DNA from: Candidatus Aminicenantes bacterium
Lineage (GTDB): Bacteria; Acidobacteriota; Aminicenantia; JAMOAD01
DNA length: 63,915 nucleotides
Assembly: GCA_027067555.1 (NCBI GenBank)
Contig: JAMOVU010000009.1
Span: forward strand, 1 to 63,915
Direction: 5' to 3'
A program made the translations under genes and the position numbers. Under the pieces are notes generated by a model. It saw nothing but the letters and a program-made list of their open reading frames with translations. It did no database searches and had not been told where the DNA came from. This document shows, one piece after another, positions 42,808 to 52,751 of this stretch (position 1 is the stretch's first letter; each line of letters starts with the position of its first letter).

Positions 42808-43548
42808 ACCGGATAGAATGTCTATAACTGCTCCCAATCCTGTTGCTTTTCCACCACCTGGCTTTGCAGCATAAAGCCCTAACTCTCTTCTGAGTTTTGA
42901 AAGAGTCATTGATTGAAGAATTACCTTTCCCGGCCCTTTTACAGTTGTTAGAAAGAGCCCTTCTCCTCCGAAAAGAGCAGTTTTAATTCCACCCACAAAC
43001 TGAATATCATAATTTACGCTCTCTTCAAAACCTACCACAGACCCTGTGTCTATTTGCATTGTTTCTCCGGGCTGAAGCTCAAAAGTGATAAAGTCTCCAC
43101 CTGCATGGATAAAAACAATTCCCTCTCCTGAGAATTTTTCTAAAATGAAACCTTCTCCTCCGAAAAGACCTGCTCCAATCTTTTTTTGGAATGCGATGGA
43201 AAAATTAACATTTTTTTCTGCTGCTATAAAGGCATCTTTTTGAGCTAAGAAAGCTGTTTTGCTAACATCTATTGCTTGAATTCTTCCGGGGTAATCCCCT
43301 GCAAAGCCCACTTCTCCCTCTGTTCCTGAGTTTAAGGTAAAGTGTGTTGTAAAAAGAGATTCCCCTGCTATTTTTCTCTTTACAGCTCCCCAGATTTTTT
43401 CTCCCAGAGAGCCTCCCTGCATTTTTGTGTCCATATTAACATTATCTGTTTTATAGACCATCTTTCCCGCTTCAGCATAAACTTCCTCGCCGGGCTTTAG
43501 AAAAATTCTTAAAACCTGTAAATTGTCTCCTTCAATTTTGTAATCCAT
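42796..43548 (-). CDS. AIM24 (TIGR00266-like) family protein
   Basis: AEAGKM, GESLF, FAGDYPGRI, QKDAFIAA, repeated FGGEG(F/L), IDTG, GPGKVILQS. Confidence 0.9.
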   Translation of the reverse strand: MDYKIEGDNLQVLRIFLKPGEEVYAEAGKMVYKTDNVNMDTKMQGGSLGEKIWGAVKRKIAGESLFTTHFTLNSGTEGEVGFAGDYPGRIQAIDVSKTAFLAQKDAFIAAEKNVNFSIAFQKKIGAGLFGGEGFILEKFSGEGIVFIHAGGDFITFELQPGETMQIDTGSVVGFEESVNYDIQFVGGIKTALFGGEGLFLTTVKGPGKVILQSMTLSKLRRELGLYAAKPGGGKATGLGAVIDILSGSND

Positions 43549-43557
43549 TATAGCCTC

Positions 43558-44616
43558 CTAAAAAATATTGTTTAATTTTCTTAAAGCTTCCATTTTTTCT
43601 CTATTACCCAATTTTGCTTTTTTTATAGCCTTTTCAATTATTTCTATTGTTTCATCATAGCCTTTCCTGTTTACCGGATAAGGTGTTCCGTCTTTACCTC
43701 CATGGGCATAGCTAAAGACAACAGGATCTTCAAAACTCGGTTTTTCACCGTAGATTACAGCTGAGGTAAGTGATAGTGCTCTTAATGCTTTGGCTCCCGT
43801 GCCCTTTATTTCAAGGAGCTCTTCAAATTTTTTTACCTGTTTTTCATAGGCTTTCTCCGATATTCTTTTTAAATTTTTCAGATTCATATCCGAAAGCTTA
43901 ATCCAGTGATGCTCTGGCATTATGATTTTTTTTATGTTTTTTTCAAATTTTTCAGGTTTTTCTTTAATTATTTCCAGAATTCCATCCTTGTTTTTTTTAG
44001 AGTTTTTTGAAACAAGGTTTAGCACATTTTTTTCTCTTTTTCCGTCTATTCCAGAATGGGGTTCTTCTGTCATATCCTCTATTTTTTCTGAAAACCAGTG
44101 ATATCTTCTTGCCCTTCTTATCTCCTCTTTTATTCCCTGCTGGACCACTGTCCACTTTCCCGTATCAGTAAAAAAAATCGTATGATGGTAAATTGAGTAG
44201 CCATCCTGAATGCAGGAGCTGTCAACCTTTGCCGAAATTTTACTTGCTTTTATAAGATAATTGTAATCAAATGAGTATTGCTCTCCCAAAACCTCTATTG
44301 TTTTAGGTGTTCTTAAAGCGGCTTTTCCCTTTCCCCCGGCAGCAAATATTTTAGCTTCCTTTGAAATTTTATTTATTGCCTCTTTTACAGCACCTGCTGT
44401 TACTGTTGAAAGCCCTGAAGAATGCCAATCAAAACCCAAAACATTTCCAAGAGACTGAAACCAGATAGGATCTGATAATCTTTCAAGTAAAGTTTCCCTT
44501 GAAAATTCGGTTAAAATTGCCTCCACTATTACAGTTGAAAGTCTTACCATTCTGTTGAAAAGCCACCGGGGAGCTTTCCCATAGTGGAGAGGAGAGTCAA
44601 CATAACCGGTTTTCAT
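43558..44616 (-). CDS. DUF763 family protein
   Basis: PLHYGKAPRWLF.RM, LSDPIWFQSLG..LGFDWHSSG, AGGKG, QDGY..YHH, WTVVQQG, ARRYHW, SYAHGGKDG.PYPV. Confidence 0.9.
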   Translation of the reverse strand: MKTGYVDSPLHYGKAPRWLFNRMVRLSTVIVEAILTEFSRETLLERLSDPIWFQSLGNVLGFDWHSSGLSTVTAGAVKEAINKISKEAKIFAAGGKGKAALRTPKTIEVLGEQYSFDYNYLIKASKISAKVDSSCIQDGYSIYHHTIFFTDTGKWTVVQQGIKEEIRRARRYHWFSEKIEDMTEEPHSGIDGKREKNVLNLVSKNSKKNKDGILEIIKEKPEKFEKNIKKIIMPEHHWIKLSDMNLKNLKRISEKAYEKQVKKFEELLEIKGTGAKALRALSLTSAVIYGEKPSFEDPVVFSYAHGGKDGTPYPVNRKGYDETIEIIEKAIKKAKLGNREKMEALRKLNNIF

Positions 44617-46310
44617 TATTCCTCTTTTTTGGTTATTATGTTCAGGTAAGGATATGGAATTTCAATTCCTGCTTTTTCAAATTTTTCTTTTAACCTTTTT
44701 CTCATTTCTCTTGCAAGTGCCCACTGATTACCTGCCTTTACTCTCCCTATTACAGTATAAACTACCGCAGAATCTCCGAATGAATCTATCCCGAGGCAGG
44801 AAGGGGCTTCAAGAAGCTTTCTTTTCCACTCTTTCTCTTCATAAAGCTCTTTTCCTGTTTCATTTATAATTTTTTCAACTTGTTCCGGGTTTGCATCATA
44901 GGAAAGCCCTACTTTTAAGACTGTTCTTGCCCAATCATAGGTTAAATTTGATACATTGCCAATACTTCCATTGGGAATAATATGAACAGTTCCATCAAAT
45001 GCCCTTATTGATATTGTTCTAAGAGAGATTTTTTCAACTGTTCCCACTTTTCCGTTTATGTCAACCACATCTCCTATAGCAAGCTGCTCTTCCATGAGAA
45101 TGAAAAAACCTGAAATTATATCCTTTACCAGAGATTGGGCTCCGAAGCCAACAGCAAAGGATAATCCTCCTGCGGCCACTAAAAGTGGTTTATAGTCAAG
45201 ACCAAGCTCCCCCAGGACCCAGAGTATTGCAAAAACCCATAAACTTATCTTTATTGCCAAAAGCACAACGGAAAATAAGGTTTTATATCTTTTTTTCCTG
45301 TCCTCTGAAATTTCAGAACCTTCTAATTTTTTCAAAATTCTGTTTCCCATATTTTTTGTCAGTTTTATAAGAAAGATAACAATTAAAAGAGCTGCAAAAA
45401 GAACAATTAATCCTCTAATGATTTTCTTTCTTAAAAGTTCTCTCTTTTTTTTGTTTATCAACCTTATCTCTTTGTCAATTAGTTTTATCTTCTCATTAAT
45501 TTCCTCTACTTTGTTTTTTGAAAGATAGATAAAAGCTCTTATCGTGTTTAACTTTGGTATTTCAAGACCCAATACTCTAAGCTTTCTTACCTTTGCGAAA
45601 TTTTTGTATATTTTTTTTTGAACTATGTTTTTTGCTTTCTTTGCTTTTTTATCGTACTCTTCAGCTTCACCCTCTTTTTCCTTGATTTTTGAAACCTGCT
45701 TTTTCTCTTTTTTTATTAAATCTTCAAGATTCTTTTTCTCTATTTCAAGAACCTTTTTTAATTCCTCTCTTTCACTTAAAAGAGAATCTTTTTTTTCAGA
45801 TAGAGTTTCTCCTTTACTCTCAGCCTTTTCTTTCATCAAATCCTTTTTTCTTGAAAGAGCTTTATATCTGTTAATTTCATTCTCAAGCCTTTCAATTAAA
45901 AGACCGATTCCATTTATTCTCTTCTGGACGGATAAAATGCTTAAAGGAGCATTGTCCGTATAATTCTTGATTTTTTCATAGATAAATTGAATTTTTGAAG
46001 GCTTTTCATTTGAGAGTTTTAAAGCTTCGGGAAAAATAATATCTTCCAGAATATTGTACTGTTTTATAAGTAAGTTAAACTTTCTTTTGTTAAAATCAAC
46101 CTTTTCAACTAACTGATTAATTTTATCGAGCTCTTTAAAACCCGGCATCTTTTCCGGAGAAAAATCATCAAGAGCATTGTATTGGGCGTAAATGTCAGCA
46201 AGCTCTTTTTCTGCCTTTAAGAATTTTTTCGAAAGAATGTTATTATTTTGAGCTGATAGAAGCCCTGAAAGTATGATAAAAACTATTATTAATATTAATC
46301 TCTTTTTCAT
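44616..46310 (-). CDS. MscS-family mechanosensitive channel with long N-terminal coiled coil
   Basis: Signal-peptide-like N-terminus, ~270 aa coiled-coil-like region, GFGAQSLVKDIISGFFIL, GDVV, IIPNG, GIEIPYP. Confidence 0.92.
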   Translation of the reverse strand: MKKRLILIIVFIILSGLLSAQNNNILSKKFLKAEKELADIYAQYNALDDFSPEKMPGFKELDKINQLVEKVDFNKRKFNLLIKQYNILEDIIFPEALKLSNEKPSKIQFIYEKIKNYTDNAPLSILSVQKRINGIGLLIERLENEINRYKALSRKKDLMKEKAESKGETLSEKKDSLLSEREELKKVLEIEKKNLEDLIKKEKKQVSKIKEKEGEAEEYDKKAKKAKNIVQKKIYKNFAKVRKLRVLGLEIPKLNTIRAFIYLSKNKVEEINEKIKLIDKEIRLINKKKRELLRKKIIRGLIVLFAALLIVIFLIKLTKNMGNRILKKLEGSEISEDRKKRYKTLFSVVLLAIKISLWVFAILWVLGELGLDYKPLLVAAGGLSFAVGFGAQSLVKDIISGFFILMEEQLAIGDVVDINGKVGTVEKISLRTISIRAFDGTVHIIPNGSIGNVSNLTYDWARTVLKVGLSYDANPEQVEKIINETGKELYEEKEWKRKLLEAPSCLGIDSFGDSAVVYTVIGRVKAGNQWALAREMRKRLKEKFEKAGIEIPYPYLNIITKKEE

Positions 46311-46326
46311 CTTTCCCTCCTCTCAA

Positions 46327-46335
46327 ATTATACCA
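46327..46335 (-). promoter_or_regulatory. Extended -10 promoter of mscS-DUF763-AIM24
   Basis: TGgTATAAT on minus, then GAGGAGGG SD and ATG 46310. Confidence 0.6.
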
Positions 46336-46378
46336 AAATGAAAGATAGATTTATAGTAAAAAAAGGTAAGACTTTTCT

Positions 46379-48487
46379 TTAAAAATGCAAATTAAGTGGT
46401 GATGTTTTCGGATAAAGCTCTAATTTTTTAATAAGGTTTTGGTTTTTATCCCAGATGAGAAGACCATACTTTCCATAATGGACTATTCTCGGGAGGATTG
46501 AAGAGGGGAAGCTAAAGTTTGATGTTGATATTAGCATATAGAAACCATTTGCCTCTTTAGTTGTTAAAATAATACTGAGCTCTTTTATATTATATTCCAA
46601 ACCATCAATATTTACCTTTTCCCCTTTTGTGGAAAGACCCAGTTCCTTTAATTTTTCAAGGACTATCTCTTTTTTGGGATTTATTATAATAATTCTATTT
46701 GATGCATTGTCTATTTTTTTATTGGGAAAAGCATCTGCTATTTCCTTGTCAAATCTATTTTTCTCCCCTGTTATCTCAACACTATTTTTTCCCAAAAAGA
46801 GAGATATTGAAGGAGGAACCTCTTCTTCATAAAGTTTTCTGAATATTTCATAATCCGGATCAAGGTAAAAACCAACAGCTTTTTTGTTAAGTTGAAGTGA
46901 TATTTCCTGTTCTTTGCTATAAATTGATAGCGTGTGTTTTATATTGCTGCCGTCCTCCGCAAGTATTAATGCCGGAATCTCCAGAATATAGGGATCACCT
47001 TCCTGGAGTTGAGAAATTTTTATCTTTAAAATAAAAAAGTTTCCACTTTTATACTGTTTTATAAAATCCACTTTAAATTTTGGAGCTCCCTTTCTATCTA
47101 TCCACTGCTCAAAAAAGTAAGCAAGGTTTTTGTCCGAAACACCTTCCATAATTTCTCTTATATTATCAAATGAGGCTTTTTTAAATTTGTAAAGAATTGC
47201 CAGTCTTCTTAATCCCTTTTCAAAAGTATCCTTTCCAATTAAATTTCTGAACATATAAAAAAACATCATTGATTTTCCGTATCCGATTGTTCTTGTTGCC
47301 GGGTTTGTTCTTGATTTAAACTCTTTTATACTTATTTCATTTTCAGGGGTTACATAGGAGTAATAATCCTTTAGGATTTGAAATCTGTAAGATCTTCCCT
47401 TTCCTTTCATATCAGAGTAAAGGTAATCTGCATAGAAGACTGTTAACCCTTCACACCAATTTCCACCTGAATAGTCAACATAGACAGAGTTTCCCCACCA
47501 ATTGTGTAGAATTTCGTGCCCCAAAGAGGTATCAACTATAAAGGGAAGTCTGATTACTTTGTTTCCTAACAGTGTAAAGGATGGCATTCCGTATCCTGTT
47601 TGAAGAAAGTTTTCCACCGTAAGGAACTTAGAAAAGGGGTACTTTGTAAAGATTCTTTCGTAAAGGTCTATATATGATTTTGTTTTTTCAAGGTAAAGTG
47701 GGGAGAGTTTTGATTCTCTTAAAAAGAAGTATGTTCCTATCTTTATTCCATTGTGAATCTCCTCGGAAATCATGTAATCACTTCCTGCAAGATCAACTCC
47801 TTCTGCAGGATAGTTTACATCAAAGAAAAAAGTATTGTTAAAAGTATCTGAAATTTTTCTCATCTTTCCCTCTGAGACAACTTTGTAAGGTCTGGGGACA
47901 TTAACTTCCAGATTATATGTCGCAAGATGCCCCGGTACAAAGGGATACCATAAATTTCCGTATGTAAGAAAAATACCTCTTTTATCAATAACGCCTTTGG
48001 GTTCACCTTCTTTTTTTAGATGGGAAAAGGAGATATTTCCTTCCTCAGCTCTCTCTTTCATAAGAATTTTATAAGAAATATCCAGGTGGGAAAATTTGTC
48101 TTTTTCTTCATCCAAAGTTATCTGATACACTTTTGCATTTTGGAGGGTTTCTTTATCTATCTCTTCATAATTCAGGTTTAGTTTATTTATACTCTCTTCA
48201 TCTGTTAAAACAGTAATTCTTGTTCCTCTGGTTCCTGTTGAAATTTTGGAAATCAGGGCTCTTTTGTCAAGAAGCAGGATGATTTTGTTTATAGGACTGA
48301 AGTTAATATTTACCTCTCCCTGTAAAAAGCTCATTTTTGGAATGATTTTGATCTTCATTGAGTACTTTAAAACTTCCTCTTTTGGGAGCAAGTATTCCTT
48401 TTTCTTTTCCTGATTTGCCTCTGAAAACAAAATCGTATTTATAAGAAAAAATAAGCCTGCAACTAAAAATAATCTTTTCCCTTTCAT
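46379..48487 (-). CDS. Secreted M1-family (gluzincin) metallopeptidase
   Basis: Signal peptide, GYGMP, HEILHNWWGN...WCEGL (HExxH...E), GYGKS. Confidence 0.85.
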   Translation of the reverse strand: MKGKRLFLVAGLFFLINTILFSEANQEKKKEYLLPKEEVLKYSMKIKIIPKMSFLQGEVNINFSPINKIILLLDKRALISKISTGTRGTRITVLTDEESINKLNLNYEEIDKETLQNAKVYQITLDEEKDKFSHLDISYKILMKERAEEGNISFSHLKKEGEPKGVIDKRGIFLTYGNLWYPFVPGHLATYNLEVNVPRPYKVVSEGKMRKISDTFNNTFFFDVNYPAEGVDLAGSDYMISEEIHNGIKIGTYFFLRESKLSPLYLEKTKSYIDLYERIFTKYPFSKFLTVENFLQTGYGMPSFTLLGNKVIRLPFIVDTSLGHEILHNWWGNSVYVDYSGGNWCEGLTVFYADYLYSDMKGKGRSYRFQILKDYYSYVTPENEISIKEFKSRTNPATRTIGYGKSMMFFYMFRNLIGKDTFEKGLRRLAILYKFKKASFDNIREIMEGVSDKNLAYFFEQWIDRKGAPKFKVDFIKQYKSGNFFILKIKISQLQEGDPYILEIPALILAEDGSNIKHTLSIYSKEQEISLQLNKKAVGFYLDPDYEIFRKLYEEEVPPSISLFLGKNSVEITGEKNRFDKEIADAFPNKKIDNASNRIIIINPKKEIVLEKLKELGLSTKGEKVNIDGLEYNIKELSIILTTKEANGFYMLISTSNFSFPSSILPRIVHYGKYGLLIWDKNQNLIKKLELYPKTSPLNLHF

Positions 48488-48506
48488 TTTTTCCTCCCTC
48501 TATTTT

Positions 48507-49679
48507 TTACCTTTTTTTAGCATTTTCAAAAATTTTAAAATATTTTCCCGTTATTTTGTCCCATGTATAATTTTGTTCATAAAATTTTCTCCCGTTTTCC
48601 CCCATCTTATTGTAGATTTCTTTGTTTGTTAATATGTACTCCAGAGCCTCTTTAAATTCAAAATAATTTTCATAATAAAGACCACCTTTTGATCTGATTA
48701 CCTGGTCTTTTAGGACAGGACAACCTCCGTTTACTATTACAGGTTTTTTAAGAGCCCAGCTCTCTATTGTTACCATTGATAGGGATTCATAAAAAGATGG
48801 CATGATAAGAAGCTCTGCTGCTGCAAGGGCATTGTATTTATCCTCATCTGATACAGCTCCCACATAGATAATATCCTCATGCTCAGGAATGGGATAGACA
48901 TCTTTTCCTATTAAAACAAGTTTTAATTCTCCTTTGTTTTCTTTTTTATACTTTATGAAAAAATCAAAAAGGTGATCCACTCCCTTGTTTTTATCTATTC
49001 TTCCAATGTACAGTATAAACTTTTCTTTTATTCCATACTTTTTCCTGAAATCCGAAGCACTGTATTTATAAGGAATTTCTGAACCAACACCCACCACTTC
49101 TCCGTAAGTTTCGTGATTTCCTGAATAGATATTAATTATTCTTTTTTCTTCCCATGAGTTATAAGCTATACCCCTTGGAAGATTGAAAATAGGTCTGAAG
49201 ATTTTCAGATAAAGGGTTGGATCCGGCTCTGCAGTTGGGACTAAAATCGCTTTATTGGGGAATTTTTTTATCCCAAAATATGAATGATAGTATCTGAATG
49301 AGAAAAATACGAAAAAATCAAATTCTTCCTCCCTCTTTTCTAAAGTTTTTATAAGAGAGGGAAGATTTGGTCCTTCCTCATCAAGCCATTTAAGCTCATC
49401 TTTTTCTGTATGCTCTCTGTTAAAAACCTTTTCCTGAATTTTTCCGAATTTCACAGGGTTCCTCTTTTTTTTAACTGAAAATCTGTTTACTTTTATTCCA
49501 TCAACATAGGAAACCTTTTCTTTGTAATAATCTTTCCATGTTATATAATCATTTGCCTTTGATGTGAACACCTCTATGTCAAAGTAAGGGCTTAGTTTTT
49601 TTACAATTAAACGGCAGTGATATTCTGCTCCTCCTATTATATCTTCTCCATACCTCTGAACCACAAAACCTATTTTCAT
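48507..49679 (-). CDS. Glycosyltransferase family 4
   Basis: VVQRYG...GGAE, YIGRIDKNKG, MPSFYESLSMVTIESW (EX7E). Confidence 0.93.
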   Translation of the reverse strand: MKIGFVVQRYGEDIIGGAEYHCRLIVKKLSPYFDIEVFTSKANDYITWKDYYKEKVSYVDGIKVNRFSVKKKRNPVKFGKIQEKVFNREHTEKDELKWLDEEGPNLPSLIKTLEKREEEFDFFVFFSFRYYHSYFGIKKFPNKAILVPTAEPDPTLYLKIFRPIFNLPRGIAYNSWEEKRIINIYSGNHETYGEVVGVGSEIPYKYSASDFRKKYGIKEKFILYIGRIDKNKGVDHLFDFFIKYKKENKGELKLVLIGKDVYPIPEHEDIIYVGAVSDEDKYNALAAAELLIMPSFYESLSMVTIESWALKKPVIVNGGCPVLKDQVIRSKGGLYYENYFEFKEALEYILTNKEIYNKMGENGRKFYEQNYTWDKITGKYFKIFENAKKR

Positions 49680-50854
49680 AAGAGGCTCTCCAGGAAATTT
49701 AAAAAGCCTTCCAGTATTATTTCTTCTCTGTATCTATTTCTGTATAAATTGTAAGCTCTCCTGTTTAATTTTTGTCTTATCTCTTTGTTATTAAGAAGAT
49801 AATTTATTCCTTCCTGAAACTCAAAATAGCTTGAATATCCTATTCCTGCTTTTGTTCTATCAATAAAATCCTTGTAATTATGATTTCTTACATCTGCGAT
49901 AAATGTTTTTCCGGCTTTTAAAGAGAGCATCATATCATAAGAGAGAACATCTTTTAACGAAGGATGGACACTGAAAAGAGCTCCTTTAAGAGCAGTGAAA
50001 ACAGCTTTATCATCATAAATTTCAAGTATTGTTATGGACGAATCTTCCAAAAGTGGCATTTCTCTTTTTCCCATTAAGAGGAGATCAAGGGATGCAAAAT
50101 TAAGCTTTTTGTAATAGAGAAAGTACTTCAAAAGTCTTCCCACACCCGAAGTTTCATTCAAAGGACCATAGTAAAATAAATATGGGTTATTTATTCTATG
50201 TTTGAATTTGAAATTGGCAATATCATCACTTCTTACCTTTTCCTCTGTTATTGGGTATATAATATAATTTTTTTTATCCTTTATTGAATCAAAAATCCTG
50301 AAATAAAGCTCTTTTTGGGCTTGAGAGTAAAAAACTAAAACATCGCTGTTTTCAAGAGTCTCTCTGAACATATCGAGCCTGAGAACTTCACTTTTATCTT
50401 CCAAAACAAATAGAATTTTTGGCTTTTTTATCTTTTTTACTATGTTTACATTTAAAAATGAATGCTCTCCATAAATAAAAAAATAATCAAAATTATCTTC
50501 AAGTTCCTGTATTCTATTTAATAACTCGGGCACTACAGGGCCTGCCTGCCTGTGCCAATTGTTTTCATCCCTTCGCGAATGAAGACCTGAAAAAAGCCAT
50601 TTTGTGAACAGTTGAAAGCTGCTGTACTGTTTTTTTATCTTTGAATCAAATCTCAGAATATCTATTCCTTTGTAAATAAATTCTCCCTTTTTAAAGTAAG
50701 GTTTATAAGTTCTTGTGCTCAAAGCTGTTGTTGTAAATACTGTTACCCTGCATCCGAGATGAAAAAGTTTGTTTGATAGATTTACGATATTTCTTATCTT
50801 TCTATCTTCACTTTCAGGATCAAAAACAGGGGTAACAATTGCTATCCTTTTCAT
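49676..50854 (-). CDS. GT4-fold paralog lacking catalytic motifs
   Basis: Aligns by eye along its length with 48507..49679, but has YYGPLNETSGV and HPSLKDVLSYDMMLS in place of GR..K.KG and EX7E. Confidence 0.75.
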   Translation of the reverse strand: MKRIAIVTPVFDPESEDRKIRNIVNLSNKLFHLGCRVTVFTTTALSTRTYKPYFKKGEFIYKGIDILRFDSKIKKQYSSFQLFTKWLFSGLHSRRDENNWHRQAGPVVPELLNRIQELEDNFDYFFIYGEHSFLNVNIVKKIKKPKILFVLEDKSEVLRLDMFRETLENSDVLVFYSQAQKELYFRIFDSIKDKKNYIIYPITEEKVRSDDIANFKFKHRINNPYLFYYGPLNETSGVGRLLKYFLYYKKLNFASLDLLLMGKREMPLLEDSSITILEIYDDKAVFTALKGALFSVHPSLKDVLSYDMMLSLKAGKTFIADVRNHNYKDFIDRTKAGIGYSSYFEFQEGINYLLNNKEIRQKLNRRAYNLYRNRYREEIILEGFLNFLESLL

Positions 50855-51918
50855 AAAATATCCTCAATTAATTTTAAAAACTTTTCAGGAGAGCTCTCCT
50901 CTTTTATTCTTGTAAGTCTTTTCTTTTGTAATGAGACTATTTTAGCATTTAATTCCCTGTTTTTCCATATTTCATAAATCAGCTCTCCCACAAGGGCAGG
51001 GTTTTTTGTTTTTACTTTAACACCGGCCTCTCCGAGAGTATAGGGAATAGCAGTGCTTTTATATGCAACAACAGGAAGTTCGTAAACCATGCTTTCCACA
51101 AGTGGAAGACAAAAACCTTCATGTTCACTGGCGCTTATAAAGATGTCCGAGACTTGATAGTATGTTAAGAGCTCATCGTATGGAATGTGTCCTGTAAAGA
51201 AAACATCTTTTGTTGTAAGAAAAAAGAAGTTTATGTAATCTAAAAGAGCATAGTAGTATTTTTTATCCGCTGAAGTGTTTCCCACTATAATTAATCTTGA
51301 GTCTTGGTGTACATATTTTTTTAAGTAAAAAAAGATTTTTATTATATCTTCGTATTTTTTGTTTGCAACAATTCTTCCCACTGTCAAAAGATTTAATTTT
51401 CCATCATTAAAGATTTTTTTTAGCAAAGGCACAGGTTCTTTTTTGTATTTTGAAAAATCTACCATAAGGGGAAAAACAGCTGTTTTTTTAAACCCTATCT
51501 CTTCAAGCTCTTTTCTGTTGTATTCAGAATCACCGATAGCCAATGAAATAACTGATTTTAAATAATTCAGTTCTTTCCTTCCGTAATAACCTATCCTGAA
51601 TAAATCTTTTCTGAATTTATAAAAAAAATTATGAGGGGTGATGTTATGGTGAATCAGGATTTTTTTTCCTTTTGAATTTAAGAAAAAATCAGTAAGAGAG
51701 GATGGAATTGCAAAATGGTATATTTTCACATCTTTTTTATCCTCATACTCTTCAAAGTATTTTGCTTCCGAACTTACAGCAGAATCAATATGATAAGCAT
51801 ATATTTGTGATTTAATTCCTTTTGATTGGAAATATTTTTTTAGACTTAAAGCTTCAAATCCGATGGCATCTCCATAATGGAAAGCTGGCAAAAATTGATT
51901 TATCTCAACTATCCCCAT
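50851..51918 (-). CDS. Glycosyltransferase family 4
   Basis: GDAIG, HNITP, DSEYN, VGRIVANK, SEHEGFCLPLVESM (EX7E). Confidence 0.93.
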   Translation of the reverse strand: MGIVEINQFLPAFHYGDAIGFEALSLKKYFQSKGIKSQIYAYHIDSAVSSEAKYFEEYEDKKDVKIYHFAIPSSLTDFFLNSKGKKILIHHNITPHNFFYKFRKDLFRIGYYGRKELNYLKSVISLAIGDSEYNRKELEEIGFKKTAVFPLMVDFSKYKKEPVPLLKKIFNDGKLNLLTVGRIVANKKYEDIIKIFFYLKKYVHQDSRLIIVGNTSADKKYYYALLDYINFFFLTTKDVFFTGHIPYDELLTYYQVSDIFISASEHEGFCLPLVESMVYELPVVAYKSTAIPYTLGEAGVKVKTKNPALVGELIYEIWKNRELNAKIVSLQKKRLTRIKEESSPEKFLKLIEDIL

Positions 51919-52751
51919 TTTAATTTTTCCCTTAGTATACTGAAATAATCTCTTTCAGGATTACTTATTACTTTCAGCTTTTTTTCATCCTCTTTAACCT
52001 CAACTATATCACCTTCTCTTACAGTTATTCCCTTTTGCCCATCTATTGTTATGAAGGTATCATCTCCTTTCAAAACTTCAACTTTTATTTTGCAGCCTGA
52101 AGAAACAATGACCGGTTTTAAAGTTAAAGAGTGGGGACAGATAGGAGTAATAATAAGATTTTTGCTGATTGGAGTTACAATGGGTCCTCCTGCTGAAAGA
52201 TTGTAGGCAGTGGAGCCTGTGGGCGTTGATATTATTAATCCATCCGCTCGTATATTTGAAAAAAATGTATCATTTACTGTTACTTTTAGAAAGATCATTC
52301 TGGCAATTTTTTCTTTGCTGAAAACAACATCATTTAAAGCTATGTATTTTTTTGAGTTAAGCTGAACACTTAACAGGGATCTTGTGCCAATTTTTATTTT
52401 ATTCTTTTTTAAACGTGGAATAAAGTTGAGAAACTCCTCTTTTGTGAACTCTGTTAGAAAACCTAAAAAGCCCATATTTATGCCGAGAATGGGTATCTCC
52501 TTTTCAGCTGCTTTTGTGGCCGCACTTAAAAAGGTACCATCCCCTCCGAGAACTATTATTATATCTGAGTTTTCAAAAATTAAATCTTCCGAAGCCGTTG
52601 GAATCTTTTTTATATTATCTTTTATCTTATCAGGGAAAACATACTTTATTTCATTTTTCTCAAGTTCTTTTGTAACCTTTCTTACATATTCAACCAAACC
52701 CTTTGCATGGGGTTTTACAATAAAACCCAGTCTTTTATATCCCAAAGACAA
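51909..52751 (-). CDS. nadK: NAD+ kinase
   Basis: LGGDGTFL, GFLGFL, ALND, DGLIISTPTGSTAYNLSAGGP, PICPH. TTG start at 52751, or at 52745, which has better SD spacing. Confidence 0.97.
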   Translation of the reverse strand: MSLGYKRLGFIVKPHAKGLVEYVRKVTKELEKNEIKYVFPDKIKDNIKKIPTASEDLIFENSDIIIVLGGDGTFLSAATKAAEKEIPILGINMGFLGFLTEFTKEEFLNFIPRLKKNKIKIGTRSLLSVQLNSKKYIALNDVVFSKEKIARMIFLKVTVNDTFFSNIRADGLIISTPTGSTAYNLSAGGPIVTPISKNLIITPICPHSLTLKPVIVSSGCKIKVEVLKGDDTFITIDGQKGITVREGDIVEVKEDEKKLKVISNPERDYFSILREKLKWG

